A stretch of DNA of 63,770 bases, filler included, from Collodictyon triciliatum (taxonomy: Eukaryota): the NCBI GenBank assembly GCA_043381765.1. It is 6 parts of 6 records of this genome, joined end to end, with 100 filler letters (N's around TTAATTAATTAA, not from the genome) between each part and the next. Parts side by side here need not be neighbours in the genome. Positions count along the whole stretch, not along the records: positions 11,296 to 22,495 come from JBHJMP010002462.1; positions 22,596 to 33,787 come from JBHJMP010002463.1; 4 more parts are not named here. The stretch is one strand, 5' to 3'. This document shows, piece by piece, positions 11,489 through 28,644 of this stretch. The notes below the pieces were generated by a model. It saw nothing but the letters and a program-made list of their open reading frames with translations, was not told the DNA's origin and did not search any database. Numbering within the stretch: the first letter of the stretch is position 1; each line of letters starts with the position of its first letter. The translations under genes and the position numbers were made by a program.

Positions 11489-14400
11489 CGATGTCTTTCC
11501 CTGCCGATGGAGTAGAGAAAATGTACAGGAATGATATCGACGAAGTCTCTACATTCCTTCACCGGATGCACAATCGCTCGTTCATGCTCTTCAACCTTAG
11601 TGAGCGCAAATATGACTACTCGAAGTTTGGTAATTTGGTAAGATATATCATATACATTTGTAGAAGCAACATGGCACAAAATCATATCTCGTCTCCATGA
11701 GAGCACAGTTTTTCTTCTTATAATTATAGGCCTAAGATGGCCTTTTTTCAACGCAATTTTTATGTATTATCCGTATTTTTTTTTTCAGGCGCATATTTAC
11801 GTTGGCATTCGAAACTTCTAAGCCATGTTTTTTTTTTCTGTGGCTTTAATTAAATGATAATACAGACAATACCTAATCATCACAAACCCTTGTATATACA
11901 TACATTCAGGTCACAGACTGTGGGTTTCCAGACCATCACTCTCCCCCGCTGGACCTTCTCTTTAAAATATGCAAGGGCATTGACGCACATCTCCACTGCT
12001 CTGATCAGAATGTGGCTGTGATTCATTGTAAGGCCGGTAAAGGGAGAACGGGAACCACAATTGCATCCTATTTAATGTACTGTGGATTGTTCCGGGATGC
12101 AGAGAAAGCACTGAGACATTTTGGTGACCGCCGATCAACGAAAGGGATAGGAGTCACATGGCCTTCACAGAGACGGTTTGTTCATTGGTATTCTAATAGC
12201 ACTATTTCAACCTCTTCTTTGTTAAAAAAAAAAAAAAGAAGAAATCAGCATTCTTTGGGGGAATGTAATCTTTTATTCAAGATTTAATTCCATTATCAAA
12301 ATTACATTATTACTAGAACTCGTCATCAATATATCTGAATAGCTCGACTCATTTTCACTCTTCGTAGATATGTTTATTATTTTCATCAGATATGCTATGA
12401 AGCATATATCCCCCACCCGCTGCCTCTTTTGCTGGGCAGAGTTGTTCTTCGAAACATACCACTTTATGGGGCAGTTTGTGTCCTCTCATCTATGCTTAAA
12501 TAGAAATGTATCTCTTCCAGTTCGTCAATATGTGTTTCTACTTCCTATATTATGGCAAATTCACACATTAATAGATAAAAAAAAATACGCACTCAATTTG
12601 CGATTAGGAGGAACAGTGCCGACCGAGATTGGAAGTATTCTGCGCTGGAAAGCTAGTCTATTCATCCGCTCCTGAAGACGAGAATTTCACCTCAATTCCG
12701 TAATTCTCTGATTTCCTTTATTCCATTCGCGCGCAACTCAAGCGCGTATTTTATAAGGCGGTTTTGGTCTTGTTATTGTACATCCCTTTTTGTGTTGCTG
12801 CCATTTTTTTTGAACGATCTTGTTGATATAACAATATCCATCTGTGCGATCAATTCTGAATTATCAAACGTCACCTAAAACAGAGCAAAGGAATTGTTAT
12901 GAAAAATAATCTAATACAGATCGTACAAAAAGTCCGAACAACCGGTTTTCGCCATAAATGCGGTATTGCGGGGTGATATTTACATACGCTGCTATCACTG
13001 CAGTAAAGGAAAGTCAACGCTATTTTTTCGAGTCCAGTTTCACACTGGGTTTGTATCTAGAGATGACCCAACGTACATACTAAAGAAGGCTGACCTTGAC
13101 GAGGCTTGTAAAGACAGAAAGTACTTTTTATTTCCCCTCTCTTTATTTAATTCAAAAGGAGACAGAAAGTCCTTTGAATCTGTTGACGCTTTTTTTTCTA
13201 CACGTCTATTTTGCTATTCGCCATATAATACGGTGTCTGACTATGATACATTAGGATCGATGACGAATTTGCAGTCGCGTTCGAGTTTAAGCATCTTTCT
13301 CAAGAAGAATCTCCAGTAGAATTGGTGGATAATTTCAATTGGAATTTACACATTGACGAGACAAAAAATGGATCGTATGTATTATTTGCGTTGTGTACAT
13401 TCTCAAGAAAGAATCAACCTTATGAAGCTTCCCAGATGTCGCGGCGTCCTTCATTTTCGTTCATATAGGATTTGCTACTTTCGAAGGCCACTCACGTCGA
13501 ATGATTTCAGTTCCGAATCGCTTTCTGATACTGTGAAATCAGAAGTATTGGCGAGACCAATATCTGTAATCTATTAATAATACTCGATGAACCATACTAA
13601 ATTATATATGTGTACCTGCCTAGTTTGTAATGTATTATATGGCTGTATGTAGTTGACAGAAGCGTCCTTTGAGAAAACATTTCCAAAAGTGAGCTTAAAA
13701 ATTTCTATTTTCTTCACTCTATTTAACTTGGAGTTTTTTCTTTCAATATCTCTTTTATATATTTATTTATCGTTTTCTTGTTTTATATCATTTTTATTCC
13801 TTTTTTCCACCACATCAACCATGTTTTGTGGTGATATATTTATACCAATTTTAGGCTGTATCAACATACCTGGTTGGTATTGGGAGAGTATATGTTGGCT
13901 TTGAAGACGGTTCCCTGTCCCTTCTCAATATCGAGGTTCATCTATATAGCAAATATCCTTAATGAAATAAAAGTGAATATGACCGAGATTCATCACATGA
14001 CAAAATTTAGAATGGAACTGAGAAAGCTATCAAGGCTCACTCCATACGGGTATCATCAATTATCAGGGACTCCCAAGAAATATTCACCGGTTCTGATGAT
14101 GGTTCCATCAAGATATGGGACATCCAAGTAAATTATACTATTGAAGCAATATTTCCCCGAATCAGAAACCTATATGTTCATGTGTAATATAGCAATGGCC
14201 ACCAAGACTCTAAGCTTGGGCCCTATGCGACACAATGACCCCTTTTCCCCTCTTTATTCGAATCAATAGAAGGAAGGGGGTTTTGATTTAAAGTAAAATA
14301 GTAATCATTGTATGTTCACAAAGACATTAGATTTTGTCGAAGCCCTGGATGGTCATTCAGATGTTGTATCGCAACTTATGGTTCATCGCTCGTTCTTATA

Positions 14401-16288
14401 CTCTGCGTCGCACGATGGCACTGTTCGTGTGTGGGATTTGACCATTAAGGTATACCACAAATAGGAGAGAAACGACACAAATATTAGAATAATTTGTTCA
14501 ATAATTTCGCAATGAATGAATATCATATTCAAGTCTAACATGTCCCAATGTCTTGCCATCTAACTCCCTCTCTTCCCAAAAATAAAATAAAAGCAACGGT
14601 ATATCAATTTAATCATGATATGCTCACCTGTGCTGAAAATATCCATCAACGAAAACGTTTTATACGTTGGGAGTACAGATGGAAACATCCGCTCTTACGA
14701 TTTGAAGGTGACTTGGCAACAAAACTGAATTTAGAGAGACAAAGTTTTTTTTATGTATCAATTTTTGTGAAACAGGAATATAGTATTATTATGTCTCGAG
14801 AGCATGGAATTCTACCCAAAAGATAACTCATGAAAAACACTCCTCTTTGAATAGAATAAAGAGGGGAAAAAAAGCTCATAGAAAACAATCCTAATCAATA
14901 TATTTCTATTCGGGCAGGAATCTGACCGGCCTCTTATAAGGAACTACGAGAAGAAGTCTGACTCTCTTCAAAACATCGTTGTTATTAACGACATTCTTTA
15001 CTTTGCCACCGGACCCAAGATTTTCCTTCTAAATACCAACGTAGTTAATTGTTGATTATTATTTTTTTAAAAAAAGAAAAAAGGGAAGTAAAATCGTGGT
15101 GTTTGGTTAATCCACCAGTCAAATGTATTATTTTTAAAAAGAGAATACAAATAGAAGTATGAAAATGAATCCTACTTATTCATCAGACAGGGGAGTGTTT
15201 GTGCCAATACGACTTCCAGATTCCGATAATATCGTTTGAGGTCTACCAAGCATTGATATTTGTCCAGCATTATGATAGAATACAAGTTGTTGATTGCAGG
15301 GTTTGTTCAAATTGATTTTTAGGTTAAAAAATTGATGAATATTACAACATTTCAAAATTACAACATTTGAGGATTTTTTTTTCCTTTATTCCAACATTTC
15401 AAGTGATAAACAAACTTAATATATTCCTAATTATGTAGAATAAGTAAACCCACTTGAAATATTTTCCCTCTCTAACAACTAGCGAGGAGTACGAACCTCT
15501 ATATTTCCCATCAAGGCAGACAGCATTAGTCTCCATGAAGACCACCTCACAATCAGCCAAAGACATGTCTTGAATTCATTCGATATCGAGGTATTGCATA
15601 TATATTCATATATATATTCATCATCAATATTCACAAAGTAATTCTAATATACAAATACCAAATAACTGATCTGGGAGAAGGGATAAAAAAAAAAACAGCC
15701 AAAATTTGAGCTGCAAACTTCCCAAACTTGTGCACCTCATTCATCATTTATGTAATATTGAAAAAAATAAGATCAATATCTAAAATATTATGTCTCATCC
15801 CGAATCAAAAGACCATTACAGGGCCGCGGTTACTCTCCAGTCCACGTAACTCTGGAACAAGCCGCCCGGTGGTTCCTTCTAACCCAGTAGATACCCTGAG
15901 CCAGAGCAAAGTTTTTGAGGAGTATGATGAGGATGATAATGACGATTATGAAACGGATTGGGGGGAGGGCTCTTTGGACTACCTATCGTCCTCTGTTGAA
16001 GCTGGAAGTCGTCAGAGTGTTGGGGAGGAATCTGCCGACCTTGAAAAATCTCGCCGAAAGAAGGCATCCTCTCTCAACAAACTCACCCCTGTCAAAACAC
16101 CACGAACACTATCAAGAACAATAGAACAGGTCGATGATTCTGGAGGAAACGTTAGTCCGCTGGCCGAAAATGCAACAGAGAGGGACGGAAGCGTAGAATC
16201 ACCCACGCTAAGAGTCGAAATATCTTCCAGCAAAGAGGCATCAGAATCCCACAACGCGGCTGAGTCGAGTGGCAATCTTCCTGGCTGA
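11489..16288 (+). CDS. PTEN-family phosphatase + PTEN-C2 domain + WD40 repeats + acidic/Ser-rich tail (5' truncated)
   Basis: Phosphatase domain: AMSFPADGVEKMYRNDIDEV, FNLSERKYD, FPDHHSPP, HCKAGKGRTG, GVTWPSQRRYVYYF. C2 domain: LRGDIYIRCYH...FRVQFHTGF...KADLDEACKD. WD40 exons: FTGSDDGSIKIWD, GHSDVVSQL...LYSASHDGTVRVWD, LYVGSTDGNIRSYD. The terminal exon ends at TGA 16288. Confidence 0.85.
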
Positions 16289-16797
16289 CCAAACTACCTT
16301 AGCATTCACTTTTCTCCTTATCCATCCGAGTACTTCAACTCCGATTAGTTTCAATCACTGCATCATCCTTTTCTATCACCGAAGCGAGCAACCAAGCGCT
16401 CTTCATCAATGCCAAAGAACCCGCGTTATACCCACGTTCCTATTGTGCAAACAATACAGCGAGAGTCCGATGAACTAATCAGTTCTTTTAAGATACGAAC
16501 CCTTTCATTTATATCAGTTCCTGCTGCTCTTCATCTCTTGAGATAATCGGAAAAGAGTTTTTTAAAACAGAAATAAAAAAGATTATCACGACACACCAGC
16601 CATTATCGAAAGAGAGAGAAAAAGGAGTCGGCTCCGTCGTTGATGGAAAGGCAGCAAAGCTCCGCGCCAACCAAGCGCCCGACACCAAAGCCGCACAAGC
16701 AAAGCTCCGGCAGGCTGTTTCCGGCTGCTTTGCTTATGAATCGCCAAACAGGTTGAGCCGTGTCTGGTCGGCTGCGCTTTGAGTCTTCCTTGGGGCG

Positions 16798-19174
16798 ATG
16801 GGCGGAGAACAGTGGGTGGCGGGAATGCTGCTGAATCTCGTTGGCTCAACCACCATCAACTTTGGAACAAATCTGCTAAAGTACTCGCACCTGCTCAACG
16901 AAGGCAAAACAAAGGACGACTCGGCCGAGAACAAAAAGGCTGTCTGGCTCTCTGGTTTGCTTTGCTCCTCCTTTCTTTTCTTTCTTTCTCCTTCTTTCTG
17001 CTTGAATACGCTTTGTCACGCGCCTTCTCGCCTCATTTCTTCGGCCGCCCTTCTTGGCTGTGTAAACACGGCTACGCAAGGCGCCATATTCTGGCCAGAG
17101 ATTCCCTTCTGATCAGCTTTCCTCTGTTTGCTGAGCAGGTTTGTGTCTTTTCATCATCGGGAATGCGTTCAACTTCCTTTCTTTTGGCTATGCTGCGCAG
17201 TCGCTCTTGGCAGCCATCGGAAGCATTCAGTTCATATCCAATGTCTTGTTTGCCGCTTTCCTCTTGAATGAAAAGGTTCTCTTTTTCTTTTTTCTTTTTC
17301 TTTTTTCTTTTTCTTTTTTCTTTTTTCTTTTTTCTTTTACCTGCCTGCTTACTTCAAGGAAAGCTTCGGCTATTTTATTTATCGCCAATAATATATCGAA
17401 ATGCTCATAATCAGTCCATCCTGTGCATTTCACGTAATTGAGTGTTGTACGCGCATCGCATGGAATATTATGAATTGCATATTTACATGGATACTAATGA
17501 GATTCAAGATTACTCGTAAGGTTGTAGAAGGGACTTTTGGCGTCGTTGTTGGAAATACTTTTGCTCTTATCTTTGCTAGTCACGAATCCAAAAGTATTTT
17601 TTGACATCATATCTTTAAGAAAAAATGAAAGGAAATGTCAAATAGGTATCAAAACTGGATTAAAGTAGTATTATATGTTGAGTTTATTCTATTATATCTT
17701 TGTAATTGTATCGAAAGAAAATACTATCACAACGGTTTGATGTTGACTCACTTTACGATTCTAATTAATAAGTACCACATAGACTATTCTGCGGACGAAA
17801 TTCAGGGCATGTTTACTCGCACTCCGTTTCTTGCATATCTTATATTCATATCCATATCGGTGGTCGCATTATCAATATTATATTCAAAAGCAAAAAAGAA
17901 AGTGAAGGTTGGAGACGAATACATAATTGAGCATAAACAAAATTGATCAAGTATCCATGATATTATTCTTTGCTACCAGAATATAATAAATCAAATTGAC
18001 TTGCGTTGCAGGACAACCTTCCTTCCAAACATATGTCATTTATCATTCCTTTATGCTACGCTGGAACGTCTGGAATGATCGGTTCACTTAGTGTTCTTTT
18101 GGCAAAATCAACGTAAAAAATTGAATCATCGAGTAACTGAGCAGTGATAGATTCACTAAACAGAGAGAAAACTCAATAATCTTGCTGTCTATGTGCAATA
18201 GGTCCCAACTAGTCCGAACATCTTTTTCGGGTGACAATCAATTCAAATATGGATTTACATATTGCATGTTATTTGGGTGGATTCTCCTCACAATTTACTG
18301 GGTAATATGATTAATCAAGTAGCCACCACATAAAAACATTCGTGCTCAAAAAGTGTACCATCCCAGAGCGACATTAACATTATTCTTACCAGTTGGATGA
18401 AACCGAATTCTGAAGGAAATTTTTTTAAGGAGCTCTATTTTTTTTTTCCCAATCTATTACTCACTTTTTTCCCTTCCGCTTAATCTTTAAAATGTAGCTG
18501 CAAAGACTTAACGGAGGCCTTCGAAAGTTCCCCAGCATGGTAATTGTACCGGCTCTGCAAGTATTCTGGACGGTATTTTCGATAATTGGCGGAGGAATCT
18601 TCTTTAACGAATTTGCCTCATTCACTCTGTAAACTTCAGAATCCATCATTAATCAATGTGAAGTCAGAAAGAAAATAATACTGGCTATATCAATAAAAAA
18701 AAACTTTCATATAGACAAACATTTTATTTTCTTTTTATCATATCGACTCTTAGTGTTCAATCGATTGGGTTCATATCTGGTGTACTCATCATAGTCGGAG
18801 GTGTTATACATCTTTCAACCCATCAGGATGACCCTATGAACCCCAAGGGTACATCCTTAGATTTTATTGAATTCTTTCAAACAGAATATGTTGACCCAAC
18901 CTCTTTCATGGTAAAACAAGGGAAAGTTTTGTTTCCTAGGTGTTATAAAAAGTACGCGCGCATCATTGCGGTAATCATCCTCTTAATTCGAAAAAAAACT
19001 GATCTGAATTTTTTTTTAACTATCACAGAATTGATTGAATCTCTCAAGATGGAAAACGAAATAATATCTCAGTCGACAGCCCACGAAAAAGCCCCGACTA
19101 ACTATGTAGTTATGGACAAAATGCAATCTCTGCATTCTAGAAATGACTCCAGTAATCCAGAAACCCCTGGATGA
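16798..19174 (+). CDS. NIPA-family (DMT superfamily) magnesium transporter, resembling the plant NIPA8 type
   Basis: MGGEQWVAGMLLNLVGSTTINFGTNLLK, GNAFNFLSFGYAAQSLLAAIGSIQFISN, SVLLAKS, LNGGLRKFPSMVIVPALQVFWTVFSIIGGGIFFNEF. About 8 GT-AG exons. Confidence 0.9.
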
Positions 19175-19671
19175 TACAAAAGAAAAGCATACCACCTTCA
19201 TTTCCAGAGGATTTTACACATAAAAGAGAGGGCTGTTTGTCTTAATGCGCTCAACTTTACCAATCCCATTTTTAAAAGGAATAAAATTTTGTTTAAAAAT
19301 CTGGAAGTATATGTTTCTCGAATATTTATGGAGTATTGGTCAAATCTAAATAATTCTACAAGAAAAATGACGAATATAAAATTTATTATGCCACACCAAA
19401 ATATCATTAGCGAATTAGCATGCCTCATCATATGATTCGACATATTATTTTATCGTATAGGTAGATTTTATAATCAGACAATTGTGAATCAAACGTGTTT
19501 TCTTTTCATTCCTCAGTTTGCCAAGAGACTCGACCTCCATTGTCGACAAACAATTACTTCATTCCTATAAACAATGTTAAACAGTATTCATCACACACCA
19601 TTATCAAACAACTCATATGGCAGATAAACCCGATGATCATTCAATGCTAATATAATTGATACACAAGGAAA

Positions 19672-21430
19672 TTACATCAGCATCTTGAACGCAATCCAGG
19701 CCAAGTAAGGGTCCTTCTTCTCATCAATGAGCTGTTTAGGTTGTAGAAAGTGGGTATTAATCCGATGGACATAATGCGAGTGAAAATTGCAAAAACTGGA
19801 GGAACTAGCCCGTCCATGACTCATTGGTTGATTGGTTGATTGGTTGATTGGTTGTGTTATGGTATTTATGCTCACGATGTCTATCGAAAGCATACCCTCC
19901 TTACGGATTCCTCTCGAATTTTAAGCTTTTCAAACATGTTCATCGAAGTATGGTTGTTGATCGATTTCAACATCTTCAACTCATGGGCAATAGTGTCGAT
20001 GGACTTTTTTTGTTCTGCAAGGACATTTTTCAGGTAGTTTGGCTAGGATGATAAAAGTTAAAATTTTGACAAAAAGGAAAAAAGAAAAAGGAAAGAAACT
20101 CCCCCTTAACCATATGATGATTGAAGCGACAAATGTAGGTTGCTTTGCGTAATTAGATGAATATGGGCCATCTTTGAATCGAGTAGATAATTCCTTACTG
20201 ATGATTCATTAGGATTTGCTGGTCTCAGAAATGGCATCCACGAGGCAGCGTAGTTATACTTGCGACCAATTCTCAAGAACCCAACCAGACTCAGTCGCCC
20301 AGTTTTGGGTTCTGAATGTTCTCTAAAGATATTCTTGGCCTAGTTGATTGATATTCTCGCGTTAGTCTTGCTTGTTTTTCTGTAAAATTTCGATATATAT
20401 ATACATATATATGGCTAGACTTTTAGATGAAAATAACTGGAATAGAATCAACCTGTTCTATACTGCAAGTCGGATCTGCAAAGCGCACAATTCCAACAAA
20501 TTCGGAAAAATCTAATTCTCCATCACTGTATATATCACTTGCAGAAAAAAGCCTGGAAAGATACTGGTCCGTTGCTGGGCTTTCTCGTTCTGATTCTTCG
20601 AGAACAAGCCCGATAAACCTATCAAGCATCCAGTCCAAGATTTTTATTTAATACATATAAAAAGGTAAATAGTAAATCAGTTAACTGTTTGACTAATCAA
20701 ATAGTTTATTGAAGTGAGATTGGCGGACATTGTCAGTTCCATCAACTATGATTTTTTTATGTATTTGTTTCAGAAGGAAATATAAAGAGATAATTAGAAA
20801 AGTTACTTATCCAGCGACACAACCAAGATTTTGTCAACAAGTTCTTCACTTGTGTCCGACTCGTTGTGCTTCGTTCGATTAAGCGCTCCTCCAGATCTGT
20901 TCGCAGCCCTTCAATTACACATTAGTTTGACGTCATAAGGTGGGATTCTTGGAAAATGAATCAATCCGCTCCATGGTTCGATAAGCTATCCCATGTAAAC
21001 TACTTACGTGGCCAGAGCTAGACGAGACGATACTTTGGAGGAAATTCCAGACCTAGCTCCCAAGTCAAGCATTCATAATGATTAAAATGCATAGGTTCAA
21101 GATTTTAATTAAACATGAACTTATTTCGATTTTTAGACCTTGGTATCGTTTCAGATGAGCTTTCCACTCCCTGAATGAATCGGGATATCTCTTCTGGTGA
21201 CCTGTCGTTGAATAATATCCGACATGTGTCTACAGCCCTCGAGAACGATATGTAGGTCACACCGACTATTTTTTCTGGGATAGTGGGCCCCACAAACGAC
21301 GTTTGAGTTAAGTGTAGGCAGTGCCTGTTTTCAATCTGTAATTTAGAATAACACAGAGAATACGCACGAGTGGAGTGATTTTCCGTTGGTCAAACATAGG
21401 AAGGAAGTGAGCATTCAAGAGCAAAAATAA
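19672..21430 (-). CDS. C-terminal part of an EF-hand-containing protein (5' end in N gap)
   Basis: Exons YISFSRAVDTCRILF..., YLSRLFSASDIYSDGELDFSEFVGIVRFADP (EF-hand loop DIYSDGELDFSE) and a last exon ...KDPYLAWIAFKMLM*. Confidence 0.65.
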
Positions 21431-22028
21431 NNNNNNNNNNNNNNNNNNNNNNNNNNNNNNNNNNNNNNNNNNNNNNNNNNNNNNNNNNNNNNNNNNNNNN
21501 NNNNNNNNNNNNNNNNNNNNNNNNNNNNNNNNNNNNNNNNNNNNNNNNNNNNNNNNNNNNNNNNNNNNNNNNNNNNNNNNNNNNNNNNNNNNNNNNNNNN
21601 NNNNNNNNNNNNNNNNNNNNNNNNNNNNNNNNNNNNNNNNNNNNNNNNNNNNNNNNNNNNNNNNNNNNNNNNNNNNNNNNNNNNNNNNNNNNNNNNNNNN
21701 NNNNNNNNNNNNNNNNNNNNNNNNNNNNNNNNNNNNNNNNNNNNNNNNNNNNNNNNNNNNNNNNNNNNNNNNNNNNNNNNNNNNNNNNNNNNNNNNNNNN
21801 NNNNNNNNNNNNNNNNNNNNNNNNNNNNNNNNNNNNNNNNNNNNNNNNNNNNNNNNNNNNNNNNNNNAAATGGATAATGCACTCGATTAAAATTGAAAGG
21901 AAGAATGGAAAATGAGGAAAAATGCTACGTATGATGACACGTAGACGCGTATTTCAATATCGAGATGTAAATGATTATTCATAATTGTTTTTTTTTTTAA
22001 AAAAAAGAAAAAACATAAAAAACTGTAC

Positions 22029-22337
22029 CGTATAGGTCCTTTGAACTAGGCCGTCTTTTTTTGCCCCTGGAGTTTGCAACAATCTTGGGATTTCCTTGAC
22101 TATCTATATTGATTACCTTTTGCTCTTAAAATAATGAGAAGAAAAATAAAACCAAACATCAAAGAATGTAGATTAAAATCACAGCAGTAGATTGGCAGCA
22201 CAGACTATTTGAACCAATACCAAAAAATATTTTTTTGCGGCTCGATGTATCGATCATCCTTCGGGGTGGAAGGCCGAGGATTTCCATTATGCAAGCCAAC
22301 TGCTCAACTTCGTTTTCACCAGGAAACAGCGGATATC
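22029..22337 (-). CDS. DYRK-family (class 2-like) dual-specificity kinase, two internal exons of the C-lobe
   Basis: [39 protein letters not shown] / [24 protein letters not shown] is the typical DYRK2/3/4 subdomain X-CMGC insert sequence. Confidence 0.9.
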
Positions 22338-22369
22338 CTGAATCAGAGGACGGTGGATAATTATGTTTA

Positions 22370-22495
22370 ATAACAATAATAATAACAAAATAATAACAAA
22401 ATAATAACAAAATAATAACAAAATAATAACAAAATAATAACAAAATAATAACAAAATAATAACAATAATAATAACAATAATAATAACAATAATAA
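22370..22495. repeat. (AAAATAATAAC)n / (AATAATAATAAC)n microsatellite at contig end
   Basis: Tandem repeat read directly. Confidence 0.9.
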
Positions 22496-22595
22496 NNNNN
22501 NNNNNNNNNNNNNNNNNNNNNNNNNNNNNNNNNNNNNNNTTAATTAATTAANNNNNNNNNNNNNNNNNNNNNNNNNNNNNNNNNNNNNNNNNNNN
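22496..22595. other. Artificial contig spacer
   Basis: TTAATTAATTAA at 22540-22551 within Ns. Confidence 0.97.
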
Positions 22596-27828
<5,233 letters not shown>

Positions 27829-28644
27829 CGCCTGGCCTAACCGAGAGAAAAAAGCTTAGAAAATAAGAGAAAATAGAGGAAAAAAGGGGGAAAAGGGAAA
27901 AGAGAAAAAAGGAAAATAGAGGAAAAAGGGGAAAAGGGGGAAAAGAGAAAAAGAGAAAAAGGGAAAGAAAAAGGAATAAAGGAATATAAAAAAATGAAAA
28001 AGGATTTCACAGGGATCAGCAGAATAAGGCAGCGAGCGACCGAGAGACACACAATTCCAAGTGTCAAACACGGAGAAAATGACACCGAACCAGATAATTT
28101 GCTTGTCAAGAAACACCACGCAAACAATCGCACCTACTTTCAGTGATATTCAATAAAAACAGCTTGAAAGAGAAATTTGGCTTCTTATGATTGAGATATG
28201 TATATTGTGACTTCATTTAAAATTATAAACGTAATTGTGTCAATTGTAATGGCTTTTAAAACATAATATTATTAATTCCATAAATAGATACAATCTAGAT
28301 GGCTACTTTCAATGAGCAATTCTGGCAAGCGCAACAAAGACCAACAAAACACAGCAAGCCCAAGATCTCGAATGAAACCAAACAAAACAGAGCCAGCAAA
28401 GCCCCAAAAACTCTGTCCGCAACATCCACCAAGGCGAGAGTGGAGAAAGCATTGCCCACTGGAAAAGACAGGATTTTTTTTAGTCCTAAATGAAACAGAT
28501 GGGAGTGTGCGTGTGCCTGTGCCTGTTTTGTCCGTTTCGTGTGGTTCGGTGTTTTTTTTTCTTCTTTTCTTTCTTTCTATTTTCCACCTTTTTTTCTTTT
28601 TCTTTCTTATCCTCGAGAGTGCTTTCGCCTTCGTGCGTGTTATA

